Positions 45,678 through 55,413 of a stretch of 64,000 nucleotides of DNA are shown piece after piece. The translations under genes and the position numbers were made by a program. Each line of letters begins with the position of its first letter. Position 1 is the stretch's first letter. The stretch covers positions 1 to 64,000 of the forward strand of contig CAWAXX010000002.1 in the NCBI GenBank assembly GCA_963786105.1. The letters run 5' to 3'. A model generated the notes under the pieces. That model had not been told where the DNA came from. It worked only from the letters and a program-made list of their open reading frames with translations, and made no database searches. This DNA is from Vulcanimicrobiota bacterium (GTDB lineage Bacteria; Vulcanimicrobiota; Vulcanimicrobiia; Vulcanimicrobiales; Vulcanimicrobiaceae).

Positions 45678-46142
45678 ATGAGGTCAGGTGGACAGATCGT
45701 CGCCGCATGTGCGGTGGTTCTAGCCGCTGCGTTTGCGATCGTTCCGAGCGCGCCGGCGTCGGCCACCGGAACCGTCCGGATTCAGCAGCGGGATGGTGAC
45801 GTCAAGACGTATCCCGGCGTCATCATGAAAGTCGGGCACAAGACGCTGACGCTGACTTCGGCCGATCGAGTTTCGACGGTGGCGATCAGCGACGCCGACT
45901 GCGGGCAGAACGGCGCGCTCGTTCGCTGCACCGGCGGAGGCTTCTCACTCGTTCAAGACGGTGCAAGGCACGTCGTCCCATTCAAAACCGCCACGTTCTA
46001 TTTCAACCCGACCGGCGAAGATCAGGTGCTGCCGCTGTCGACGATGAAAATCGGCGCACGCTCGGTGATCTTCGCGGTGCAGACGGCGAAGGGAACGTAC
46101 ATCACCGGTAACGGCAAGCTCGACGAGGGGCCCACACCATGA
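45678..46142 (+). CDS. Secreted hypothetical protein
   Basis: AAGGT SD, signal peptide ending PASA, beta-rich body with a Cys pair. Confidence 0.75.
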   Translation: MRSGGQIVAACAVVLAAAFAIVPSAPASATGTVRIQQRDGDVKTYPGVIMKVGHKTLTLTSADRVSTVAISDADCGQNGALVRCTGGGFSLVQDGARHVVPFKTATFYFNPTGEDQVLPLSTMKIGARSVIFAVQTAKGTYITGNGKLDEGPTP

Positions 46143-46978
46143 AGTATGTATCGATGATTCTCGTGGTCGCGCTGGCAGCCGCACCCTTGACGTCCTCCGC
46201 ACAGCGCGGTCGAGCTGCCGCGCCTCGCTCGGCTCCGAGCCGCGGGTTTGACATGCACAACGACGTTCCGACCGGAACCGCGAGAGGCAACAACGGGGCG
46301 GTAGCCCACAATCAAACCACCGGCAACACCGCCGTCTATAACAAAAACACCAACACCGCGACGACCTATAACAAGAGCACGAATACCGCGACCCAGTACC
46401 ATCCGAGCACGACCGGTTCCTCGACGGCGAATCGAAATAGCGGTGCGTATAACGGCGCCAACTCCGCCGGAGCCTACAATAAGAACACCGGCAACGCCGC
46501 GGTGTACAACAAAAACACCGGCAACATGACCGTCTACAACAAGAACACCGGGACCACGTCCGCGTACCACTACAATACGAGCGGCACGAACGGATATTAC
46601 TACAACGGTCGCGTCGTGGTAAATCCAGTCTACGTCGGTCCTGCGTGGGGATGGAACCACGGCGCCGTTTGGGCGCCGTACGGAGCGTACTGGGGCGGTG
46701 GCTTCTGGGGGCCGTTCGCTGTCGGCGCCGCGAGCGCCGCGCTCATGGGTTCGATCGTCTATGCGAACCAAACGTACACGTCGTACAGCGTGAGCTCGGG
46801 CAGTCCGGGTGCGACGTTGCTGTCGAATTACGGTCTGCAGCAAGTCCCGTGCGGACCGTCCGGCTTGGTCGTCATCTACGGGCCCAACTTCGGCGTGATT
46901 TGCGCGAATCCAAACGGCCGCGTCGCTGCCGGCAGTTACGCCGTCAACACCGATACCTTATCCCTGCAATCGCAGTAG
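46139..46978 (+). CDS. Secreted N/T/G/Y-rich decapeptide-repeat protein
   Basis: ATGA overlap, signal peptide, GNxxVYNKNT repeats, Trp/Gly-rich segment, C-terminal Cys-paired domain. Confidence 0.8.
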   Translation: MKYVSMILVVALAAAPLTSSAQRGRAAAPRSAPSRGFDMHNDVPTGTARGNNGAVAHNQTTGNTAVYNKNTNTATTYNKSTNTATQYHPSTTGSSTANRNSGAYNGANSAGAYNKNTGNAAVYNKNTGNMTVYNKNTGTTSAYHYNTSGTNGYYYNGRVVVNPVYVGPAWGWNHGAVWAPYGAYWGGGFWGPFAVGAASAALMGSIVYANQTYTSYSVSSGSPGATLLSNYGLQQVPCGPSGLVVIYGPNFGVICANPNGRVAAGSYAVNTDTLSLQSQ

Positions 46979-46993
46979 CGCGCCGAAGCGCAT

Positions 46994-47533
46994 TCACTTG
47001 GCGAGCTCCCGCATTCGCGGGAGCTGCGCCGGGTAGGCTCCGTCGGGGTGACGCCTGTTCCACAGTTCCGAGCGCACCGCGAGGTATTCGAAGTTTTCCC
47101 AGGCGGCCGAATCGGTATGGCGGCGTCTCAGTTCGATAGCGGGTTCGGCGAGTTTCCATGCGTTCGAAACTTGCGCTGAGACGATGTCGAGAAGAATGTC
47201 CTCGTCGATGAGTCCGTATTTGCTAAAGGTACCAATTTGTTCCCAGAAGTCGAGGATCAGAAATTCCGGATGGGTTCCGCGATCGGGCGAACCCGGCGTC
47301 GCGAGTAGTTTCAGATACTGCGGATCGTCCATTTTCGTCGACATGCTGCGTGCGAATTCTGCATATGCCGACTGCAGCAGAGGCTGATTCCACTGATTCA
47401 TGATTTCCAGCAGCGCGCTCAGCTGGTTGCTGGCGCGCAGGTGGCGCAGCTGAACGATTGCCGCCACCGCAGCCGCTGCGACGACGAGCAGAGTCGCAGC
47501 CGACAGGACCAGGCCCACGACCTCGGCCCTCAT
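46994..47533 (-). CDS. Membrane-anchored DUF4760-like hypothetical protein
   Basis: N-terminal TM then QLR; ILDFWEQIG...GLIDE; WENFEYL. Confidence 0.65.
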   Translation of the reverse strand: MRAEVVGLVLSAATLLVVAAAAVAAIVQLRHLRASNQLSALLEIMNQWNQPLLQSAYAEFARSMSTKMDDPQYLKLLATPGSPDRGTHPEFLILDFWEQIGTFSKYGLIDEDILLDIVSAQVSNAWKLAEPAIELRRRHTDSAAWENFEYLAVRSELWNRRHPDGAYPAQLPRMRELAK

Positions 47534-47536
47534 GGT

Positions 47537-48763
47537 CTAGGGCCGGCTCGGCGATTTGATGGTGGCGTAGATCGATTTGAAAAGCGCCGGAAGGCTGCTA
47601 TTCTTTTCGACGGGACGGCTGTTCGCGAATATCGCCACCACCAGACCCGAGTCGGGAAAATACAGGTGGGCGGCGCGAAAACCGAGCGTTTCGCCTTGGT
47701 AGAACCAGAAGGTGCCGAATCCCGGAGCGTATTTCTGCGCGACGCCGAGGCCGAAGCCCGACGGATCGTCCGCCGTTGCCTTGGCCAGCGGTTTGGCGGT
47801 TTTGAGCGAGATAAGACTGAGCAGTTCCGCCTTCTGCTTGGCAGGCAACAGCGACGTTCCCTCATAAAGCGCGCGCGCCCATGCGATAAGATCCTCGGGT
47901 GTCGAGACCATCGAGCCGGCGCCTTGCGCCCACGACAAGCTGTACGGGGTTACGTCCCTACCGATGAATTTCCCGAAGCCGGGATCGTCGTTCTCGTAGT
48001 AGCCGGCAACGACGCGTCGCGCGATCGGTGCCGGATAGAGGTTCGACGTGTAAAAGGTGTTTTTCAGGCCGGCGCTTGCGATGATGCGCGCGATCTCGGT
48101 GGCGAAATTCTTGCTCTGGCTGCGTGCGGCGACGACCTCTTGAGCGAGCAGATACCCAGTGTTCGAGTACGAATACTTCGTTCCGGGCGTCGAGATGAAT
48201 TTCGGATACACGAGCCGGATAAGCGTGCCCGTCGAGACGTTTGCCTTCGGATTCTGCGTAAACATTTTGTACCAGGCGGGCGTGTTGTCGTACGAGTCGA
48301 TGCCGCCGGTCATGCTCAACAGCTTTCGCAGCGTCAGCTTCGCGTACGCGGGGTACTGCGGGAGGTACGTCCCGATTGGCGCGTCGATGGAGAGACGTCC
48401 TTGTGCTTCCAGTCGCAGCACCGCGACGGCCGTGAAAGCTTTGGTGTTGCTTCCGATTTGGTAGAGACTCGTGCGTGTCACCGGCGACCCGGAACCATAG
48501 CGCGTCCTTCCGGCGGTGAGGTTTATGGCCGGCTGGCCTTGCGCCAAGCTCACCGACAGCGAGAGTGCCGAGAGGTGCTCCTCGGCACCGTGATCTTTAA
48601 GGTAGGCGTCGAGGTCGTGCTGCAGTGCGGCTCGCAATGCCGGCGAGTCCTGCGGCGCAGACGAGCTCTGCGCGAGACCGATGGAAGTCAGCGCGATGCC
48701 CAAAGCCATCGCTGCCGCGATCCGAGCCAACGGCACGACGCGTAACGCCAAACGTACCTGCAT
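47537..48763 (-). CDS. Secreted S12/class C beta-lactamase-like serine hydrolase
   Basis: IGSNTK (SxxK), PG..YSYSN (YxN), AGSMVST. Confidence 0.88.
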   Translation of the reverse strand: MQVRLALRVVPLARIAAAMALGIALTSIGLAQSSSAPQDSPALRAALQHDLDAYLKDHGAEEHLSALSLSVSLAQGQPAINLTAGRTRYGSGSPVTRTSLYQIGSNTKAFTAVAVLRLEAQGRLSIDAPIGTYLPQYPAYAKLTLRKLLSMTGGIDSYDNTPAWYKMFTQNPKANVSTGTLIRLVYPKFISTPGTKYSYSNTGYLLAQEVVAARSQSKNFATEIARIIASAGLKNTFYTSNLYPAPIARRVVAGYYENDDPGFGKFIGRDVTPYSLSWAQGAGSMVSTPEDLIAWARALYEGTSLLPAKQKAELLSLISLKTAKPLAKATADDPSGFGLGVAQKYAPGFGTFWFYQGETLGFRAAHLYFPDSGLVVAIFANSRPVEKNSSLPALFKSIYATIKSPSRP

Positions 48764-48879
48764 ATCAAACGCCTTCCTAGACTTCTCCAGCCGAGTACGA
48801 CTGACGATCCATTACCCGAGCGGTTTGCACATCCCCGCTACGGGCGGACCGGCATCCACGAACGCCGAACGGATTTGCT

Positions 48880-50025
48880 ATGAGCCATTTTTGGAGAACT
48901 CTTCTCGCGCTGGTCGTCGTGCTGCCGAGCGCCGTCGGTAGCAGTAGCGCGAGGAACGTGCACGTCAGCGCCGACATTCAAAGCGAAATTTCAGCGATCG
49001 TCAACAAAGAGCTCGCGGCATATGGTGGCCCGAAACCGATACCGGGAGCGGTCATCGGCGTGTGGGTCCCCGGAAAGGGTGAATTCGTCAAAGGATTTGG
49101 ATACTCGAGGCTTTCTCCCCAAGAGCCGATGGCGGTGACGGATCACTTCCGCATCGGCAGCAACACGAAGACGTTCGTCGCCACCGTGCTGCTCCAGCTC
49201 GTGGACGAAAAGAAGTTGGCCCTCGACGACACGATCGCGCATTTCAATCTCGGGTTGACGGTGCCGAATGAAAACAAGATTACGTTGCGCCAGTTAGCCG
49301 AGATGCGCAGCGGAATCATCGACATGTACGCGGTTCCAGGGGTTCAAAAAGAAAGCGATGCCGTGTGGGCGAGCCGGACTCCCCGGCAGTGGGTGACGCT
49401 TGCCGGTAAGCAGCCGCCGTTGTTCGCGCCCGGAACCAAGTACAACTACAGCAACACCAACTGGTTCTTGCTCGGGCTCGTCATCGAGAAAGTGACGCAC
49501 GATACGATCGAGCATCAAATCGACAGCCGGATCCTCACGCCGATGAACCTCGACGAGACCTCGTTTCCAACGACGGACCGGAGCATGCCGGAACCGTACG
49601 CGCACGGCTACTCGCTCGACGCAAAGAAGCAGTGGATCGACGAATCGGCCGTTCTCGCACCGTCGGTATCGTGGGCGGCCGGCGCGATGATTTCGGATAT
49701 GGCCGACATGAAGAGGTGGGTCAAGGCCTACGTGACCGGAACGACGAACGGCGAGTCGTCGCAAAAAGCGCGCCTCACGTGTTTGCCGACGGGCACGGGA
49801 AATCTCTCGTTCGGTTTAGGCATCGGATGCTCGGCCGGCTGGTACGGCTATACCGGCGGCATCACCGGTTACAACACCGGAGCCTACTATATGCCGGCGA
49901 CCGGCATTACGCTCATCGTCTTCGTCAACAGCCAGGTGGAGCATCCTTTTCCCGGCGTCGCCAACGCGATCTTTCGCGACCTCGCGAGGATCGTAACGCC
50001 GAACAACGTCCCGTTTGTGAAATAG
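48880..50025 (+). CDS. Secreted S12/D-Ala-D-Ala carboxypeptidase-like serine hydrolase
   Basis: FRIGSNTK, PGTKYNYSN, WAAGAMIS. Confidence 0.88.
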   Translation: MSHFWRTLLALVVVLPSAVGSSSARNVHVSADIQSEISAIVNKELAAYGGPKPIPGAVIGVWVPGKGEFVKGFGYSRLSPQEPMAVTDHFRIGSNTKTFVATVLLQLVDEKKLALDDTIAHFNLGLTVPNENKITLRQLAEMRSGIIDMYAVPGVQKESDAVWASRTPRQWVTLAGKQPPLFAPGTKYNYSNTNWFLLGLVIEKVTHDTIEHQIDSRILTPMNLDETSFPTTDRSMPEPYAHGYSLDAKKQWIDESAVLAPSVSWAAGAMISDMADMKRWVKAYVTGTTNGESSQKARLTCLPTGTGNLSFGLGIGCSAGWYGYTGGITGYNTGAYYMPATGITLIVFVNSQVEHPFPGVANAIFRDLARIVTPNNVPFVK

Positions 50026-50032
50026 GCCGAAC

Positions 50033-50812
50033 TTACCAGCTTCCCGACGCACCGCCGCCGCCGAAGTCGCCGCCGCCCGCATCGAAATCGTCGTCGCTAG
50101 AGCTTGAAAAGTCGTCGCTGCTCGACGAGAACGTCTCGCCCGAACCCGTGCTGGAGTATCCCCCGCTCGTGCCTCGGCGGCGCGCCGCGAACACGAACAT
50201 CAGAATGACGAGCCCGATCGGAACGGCAAAGGAAACAATGAGCAGCAAGAGCGTTCCAGCATTCGATCCGCTAGAAGAAGACGCGCTCGACTTATGCGAG
50301 GTGACCGGAATAGTCGCGCTGGTAAATGCGGGCGTGATCGTCGTTAAGATCGCGCGAACGCCGTCGGCAACCGCGCGATCGGTATCGCCTTGCCGCATGG
50401 CCGGCACGATGCGTTCGTCGATGATGCGTTTGGAATCGGCATCGGTAAGACTGCCTTCGAGCCCGTACCCCACTTCGATTCGGACTTTGTGGTCGTCCAT
50501 GAAGAGAAAGAGGACGGCGCCGTCGTCGTGACCGCGCCGTCCGATTTTCCACGTGTGGGCGGTTTCCGCGGTCCACGTCTCGAGCGGGACCTCGCCGGTC
50601 GTCTTGCCGATCCACACGATGACTTGGTGCCCCGTACTCGTCTCGTACGAATGCAACTCGTTCTCGAGCGCGGTGCTGGTCGCTTCGCTGAGAGCGCCGG
50701 CGCCATCGGTGACGTAGTGATTTGGTGTCGGGGGCACCTGGAAATCGCCCGATAGCGCCGCGCGAGTACAAGCAAAAAACAGGCCGAAGGCCAGCAGAAG
50801 GGACGCGCGCAA
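50033..50812 (-). CDS. TPM-domain (YgcG-like) membrane protein
   Basis: YVTD.AG.LS, WKIG..DDG, IEVGYGLEGSLTD, one TM, GGGDFGGGGASGSW tail. Confidence 0.92.
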   Translation of the reverse strand: MRASLLLAFGLFFACTRAALSGDFQVPPTPNHYVTDGAGALSEATSTALENELHSYETSTGHQVIVWIGKTTGEVPLETWTAETAHTWKIGRRGHDDGAVLFLFMDDHKVRIEVGYGLEGSLTDADSKRIIDERIVPAMRQGDTDRAVADGVRAILTTITPAFTSATIPVTSHKSSASSSSGSNAGTLLLLIVSFAVPIGLVILMFVFAARRRGTSGGYSSTGSGETFSSSSDDFSSSSDDDFDAGGGDFGGGGASGSW

Positions 50813-50823
50813 CGATAGAATGG

Positions 50824-51707
50824 CTACGTCGGGTTCGGCAGCCAGGCGGAATTAATACACGCCAGCAGGCTATCGATTGTTTTCGCGTTTTTTCTCGAGT
50901 TGGGAACGGCGTCGGCGTCGATCGCGTCGCACGTCGTTCCCAGCAGTTCCGTTAACGGCTTGTTGATATTCTCGTTGACGAGCGCGGCGTACAGATCGCG
51001 CTGCTTCTTGTCCTTAATGGTTGCCGGATCGGAGGCGAGAGCGCTCAACAGCCGCGTGGCTCGTCCTAGAACGAAGGCGTCGGCGACCCGGCGATCGAGG
51101 AAGTGGGCGGAGAGCGCCTTATTGACGATGTTCGATGGGCCCAAGTCGTCGAAGTCGCTCCTTGGGTCTTCAAAACTGCCTGATCCCCGAATCGAAAGCC
51201 AGTCGAACGGAAATCCAAACTCGACGTCAGCCAGTGGATCGAGTTTTGCGAAGTCGCTGTCCTGGGTGCTGTTGTTACATTGCGTGTAGGCAGAGTAACG
51301 GTTTCCCTTGGCGCACAAGACCAAGAGCTCGTAGTCTCGCCCTAACATGTAGCCACCGTATAACATCCGGTCCGTAGCCTGTCTCTGCGCGTTTTTTTCT
51401 TGCACCCTATCGTGGATGAACGTATAGCTGCTCAACGCAAACGCCACCGCCGCAATCACGATATTGAAAGCCGCGACGGGCCTGAGCCCCAGGAACATCA
51501 GCAGGGAACCGGCGTCGACAGCGGTCCGGGCGGGGTCGGACAGGGGCTCGCCGTCGCACTGGCGATCGCCTTGACCGATACGGCGGCGCCGTTCGCCCGG
51601 CTCGAGCCGACCGGCGATAATGCCGCTGCCATGACGAAGAGGAGCGACATCCCGAACCACATCGTGCGAAGTGGTGCGTTGCGAAAAGTTCTTTTTTCAA
51701 ACATCAT
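50824..51707 (-). CDS. Orphan exported/membrane protein, either frameshifted or two TGATG-coupled ORFs (51498-51707 and 50824-51498)
   Basis: A signal-peptide/Pro-rich ORF stops where a TM-bearing 224-aa ORF starts. One extra base in the G4 run at 51532-51535 joins them. Confidence 0.5.
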
Positions 51708-51803
51708 TGCTGCACGTTCTTTCTTCGGCTAGCGCGCCGAGACCAGCGTGTGCGAGCCTACGGCTACGCTTCCGCTTGGTTAGGAATTTCCCCTGGGATC
51801 GCG

Positions 51804-54800
51804 TCACCGTGGGGGATCGGGCCACGCGCCGGATGCGACCGTTTGCGCCAGGTCGGCATGCCAGCGGAGTCCCAAGAACTGCGCGCGGTCTGCGGGCTCG
51901 AGTTCGCCGGCGCTCGTTTTCATCAGCCGGCGCGCGCGTTCGAGGGTTAGTGCCGCCTGCTGGAAATCCCCAACCTGGTGGAAGATCTGCGCCGCAGCCC
52001 AGTAGCAATGCGTCGGCCAATTGCCGCCGCGCATGATGGCGTGCTCGTCTGCCAGCATCCGCTGCACCGCGTCGCGTGCGGTCGCAAGATTTCCCAACGT
52101 GGCATGCCAAATCGCGACGTCGGCGAGCGTCTTGCTCGACCACACTCCCGATTCGGAGCGCGAACGGACCTCGAACGACGCCTCGGCCAGTTCGATCGCG
52201 CGCGCGTAGTTGGCGTCGGCGGCTTCGGCAACCGCGAGATTCTCGAAGACCGATGCCTCCAACAGTTGTAACCCGAGATGTTGCGCGGGCTCGAGTGCGA
52301 GTTCGGCCGTCCGTCGCGCTTCGGTGACTTGTCCGAGGCAGGCGTGCAGGAACACGCGATTGGCGAGTCCGCCGAGCCGGCCCCGCTCGTCGCCCGCGCG
52401 CTCGAACAAATCGATGGCCTCGTTCGTCGCCGCAAGAGCTCGGTCGAAGTATCCGAGCCAGCATTCGAGGATCGATTGATTCATGAGTTGGGCGGCGCTC
52501 CCAACGAGGTTTCCACTTTCGCGGTAGATGTTGGTGGCGGCGGCGAAATGCCGTCGCGCGGTTGTCAATTCTGCGCCGGCGGCAGCGAGCGAGACGCCGA
52601 TGCGGCCGAGTGCTTGGGCTTCGGCCGGGCGATCGCCCAATTTGATGGCAAGCTCGAGGCAACGCTCGCTCAACGAGCGGCAGCGATCGATGTCGCGGCG
52701 CTGGTACGCGACCGTCCAACCACTGCTCGACGCCAGGAGTTCGAGCACCGGATCGGCGGCGCGTGCAGCCACTTGACCGGCTTGTGCGAACAGTTCATCG
52801 GCAGCGGTGAGATGGCCGCGATGCGCTTCCGCTTGAGCCATCGAGCACAGCGCGCGCGCGCTTCCGGCCTCGTCTCCCGCCGCGCGGCTGCCGGCAAGCG
52901 CCGCCTCAGCGCTGGCAGACGCTTCCGCGAGCCGGCCGGTGGTTAAGGCGAGCTTCGCTTCGGCCAAGTGCAATGCGGCGTTCCACCGGGCATCGCCGGC
53001 GGGTACGGCACGCAGCGCTCGGACGGCTCGTTCGTGGGCGGCGATGTCGCCGACGGCCGTTGCGAACTCGATGCGATGCAGCAACAGGGAACGGTGAACG
53101 GATGGATTGCCGAGTCCGGCGTCGACGCGTTCCAAGTCAAGCAGCGCCGCGTGCCGCGCGTCGGAATCGCCGCGTCGAGACTCAATCGTGGAACTTTCTA
53201 ACAGCAGATTGGCTCGCGCAGGCAGATCGACGTCGAGCGCGAGCGCGCGCGCGCACTGCACGCGCGCTTCTTGAAGCGCTCCGATCGAAATCGACCGCCG
53301 CACCGCCTCGAGGTAACAGCGCGCGGCGTTTGGAATGTCGCTCGCGCATTCGTAGTGGGCCGCGAGGGACGCGGAGAGCTCCGATACCCGCTCGGGGTAG
53401 AGTTCTTCGAGCACGTGAGCGACGCGCCGGCGCCGGACGGCGGCGGCTTTGGGTGAAACCCCCTGCGCGATCGCTTCGTGCACGAGATGATGCGTGAACG
53501 CGTATTCGAGGAACCCTCGCCCGCTGGCTTCGCGGATGATACGCCGGTCGAGCAGCTCGTCGAGTGCGTCGGTGAGAGCCGTGTCGTCCCAGGCGCTGAC
53601 TTCGCGCACGGCGTCGCGTGAGAAGCGATCGCCGATGCATGCGGCAATCTCGGCGGCCGAGCGCGCGTGCTCGGATAGGCGCTCGATGCGTCGTTCGACG
53701 ACCGCGCTCAACGATGCTGGCGCTGCGGACGGTGCGCCTTCACGCACGTCGGCCACGAGTTGCGTGAGGAAAAGCGGGTTTCCGTGCGACGCGGCGATCA
53801 GCATTTCGGCTGAGCGGTCGCGCACGTCGGACAACGTCGCACGCAGTTCTTCACCGTCGGTGACGGACAATCGGCCAAGCCAGATGCTCAGCGCTCCGGC
53901 CATCGCTCGGGCCTCGCGCCGCAGGCGATGCAGGGCGTGCATGCGCGGCGTTTCTTCGTCGCGATACGTGACCACGATCATCACCGGCACGCCGGAAATC
54001 CGGCGCAGCAAAACCTGCAGAAGCTCGAGCGACGCGGTCTGCGCCCAATGCACGTCTTCGAGTATCAGCAGCAACGGGCGTGCGGTGCCGAGATCGGCCA
54101 CGCACCGAAACAGCGACTCGAAGAGACGAATCCGTTCGCTCTCGCCGTCCAACCGAGGGACGGCGGGGAGCGCGACGCGGGCGTGGATCTCCGGTATCAG
54201 CGTGGCGACGCACGCAAGCGCGATGCTTGGCTTCAGCGATTCGACGAGCGGGAGTGCGGAGCGCAGCGCATCGACGACGCCTTCGTAGGGAACGGTTTCC
54301 GGGGAACTGGTCGCGCCGACGAGCACGCGTCCGCCGCGATCTTCCACTGCGCGCGCGAACTCGAGAACGAGCCGCGATTTTCCGATTCCCGGTTCACCGC
54401 TGACGAACGCGCACGCTCCGCGACCGCGAGCGACCCGGCTCCACGTCTCCAGCAGGCGGTCCATCTCGCCGCGCCGGCCGACGAACGGCAGAATGGCCGG
54501 CTCGCCGGCGACGGCCGGTCCGGCCTCACCGTCTTCGTCCGGCTGTGCCTGTCCGTGCGCGATGCGCTCGGCCACCGCCGCCGTTTCGGCCATCGGTTCG
54601 GCATCCAACTCCGCGCGCAAGCGTTTGACGAAGCCGGCGTACTCGTCGAGCGCACCGGCGCGATCGCCGCTTTCGTAGCGCATCGCAATAACTCGCCGCA
54701 CCATGTCCTCGCGCCACGGATCGATCGCCAGCACCTTACGCGCCGTTTCGATTGCCAGCGCGAGGTTCGCGCTTCGCCGAGCCTCGGAGACGCGCTCGGT

Positions 54801-55277
54801 CAGGCAGCGCAGGTACGCGTTGCGATAGCGTTCGCGAATGACGTCGAGCCATTCGTCGTAGATCTCCGGCAGCAGATCGCCGCGATAGAGGTCGATCGCT
54901 TCGCCGAGCCGGGCGCGGTCGCTGGACGCCGCCTCGAACGCATCGATGTCGAGCCATACGTCGGCGTCGGAATTCCAGGCGACCTTGTCGACGTCGATCG
55001 AGACGTACCGTTCGGCCGGATGCGGGAGGATCTTCGGAAGCTCGCCGAGCGTTGCGCGCAGCTTCGCTCGCGCGGCCGCTTCTTCGTCGTCGGGATAGAG
55101 CAGAAAGGCGAGGTACTCGCGCGAAACCGCGGCTGCGCGATGCAATAAGAGGTAGGCAAGTACCTGCAGCGACTTCCTGGGCGTGGCAAGCCGAAACCGG
55201 CCGCCGTCGAGTACGACTTCAAGGTGGCCGAACAGGCGAATGTCGAGGTGACCGGGTTTCAGGACGGCTTTGCCCAC
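51804..55277 (-). CDS. SARP-like wHTH-BTAD-STAND ATPase-TPR transcriptional regulator
   Basis: IRLFG, LAYLLLH, LYRGDLL, DPWRE, P..ET; FVGR, GEPGIGKSRL, LEDVHWA, GNPLFL, F.H.LV; TPR tail. Confidence 0.9.
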   Translation of the reverse strand: MGKAVLKPGHLDIRLFGHLEVVLDGGRFRLATPRKSLQVLAYLLLHRAAAVSREYLAFLLYPDDEEAAARAKLRATLGELPKILPHPAERYVSIDVDKVAWNSDADVWLDIDAFEAASSDRARLGEAIDLYRGDLLPEIYDEWLDVIRERYRNAYLRCLTERVSEARRSANLALAIETARKVLAIDPWREDMVRRVIAMRYESGDRAGALDEYAGFVKRLRAELDAEPMAETAAVAERIAHGQAQPDEDGEAGPAVAGEPAILPFVGRRGEMDRLLETWSRVARGRGACAFVSGEPGIGKSRLVLEFARAVEDRGGRVLVGATSSPETVPYEGVVDALRSALPLVESLKPSIALACVATLIPEIHARVALPAVPRLDGESERIRLFESLFRCVADLGTARPLLLILEDVHWAQTASLELLQVLLRRISGVPVMIVVTYRDEETPRMHALHRLRREARAMAGALSIWLGRLSVTDGEELRATLSDVRDRSAEMLIAASHGNPLFLTQLVADVREGAPSAAPASLSAVVERRIERLSEHARSAAEIAACIGDRFSRDAVREVSAWDDTALTDALDELLDRRIIREASGRGFLEYAFTHHLVHEAIAQGVSPKAAAVRRRRVAHVLEELYPERVSELSASLAAHYECASDIPNAARCYLEAVRRSISIGALQEARVQCARALALDVDLPARANLLLESSTIESRRGDSDARHAALLDLERVDAGLGNPSVHRSLLLHRIEFATAVGDIAAHERAVRALRAVPAGDARWNAALHLAEAKLALTTGRLAEASASAEAALAGSRAAGDEAGSARALCSMAQAEAHRGHLTAADELFAQAGQVAARAADPVLELLASSSGWTVAYQRRDIDRCRSLSERCLELAIKLGDRPAEAQALGRIGVSLAAAGAELTTARRHFAAATNIYRESGNLVGSAAQLMNQSILECWLGYFDRALAATNEAIDLFERAGDERGRLGGLANRVFLHACLGQVTEARRTAELALEPAQHLGLQLLEASVFENLAVAEAADANYARAIELAEASFEVRSRSESGVWSSKTLADVAIWHATLGNLATARDAVQRMLADEHAIMRGGNWPTHCYWAAAQIFHQVGDFQQAALTLERARRLMKTSAGELEPADRAQFLGLRWHADLAQTVASGAWPDPPR

Positions 55278-55319
55278 AGCGGAACTGCCTTCTCGGGTTC
55301 ACGGGCGGCCTCCCGGCCC

Positions 55320-55351
55320 CGTACGTTTTGGTACGCCGCGTTCGGTACGAT
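55320..55351 (+). promoter_or_regulatory. Putative SARP-type promoter: GTACG direct repeat plus -10 TACGAT
   Basis: GTACG at 55321 and 55331, TACGAT at 55346-55351, upstream of the lipoprotein gene divergent from the BTAD regulator. Confidence 0.45.
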
Positions 55352-55413
55352 GAGCCCGCTCACAACGATGAGCGCCTCTCACCTCACTGCTAACGTTCAA
55401 GGAGACGATCCCA

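Noticed and set aside
47537..50025. Beta-lactamase resistance genes
   Set aside because: S12-family fold without the AmpC KTG motif; peptidase or esterase function is more likely.
51498..51500. Selenocysteine readthrough at TGC-TGA-TGT
   Set aside because: The frame closes again about 14 codons later, and I see no SECIS-like hairpin or selenoprotein homology.
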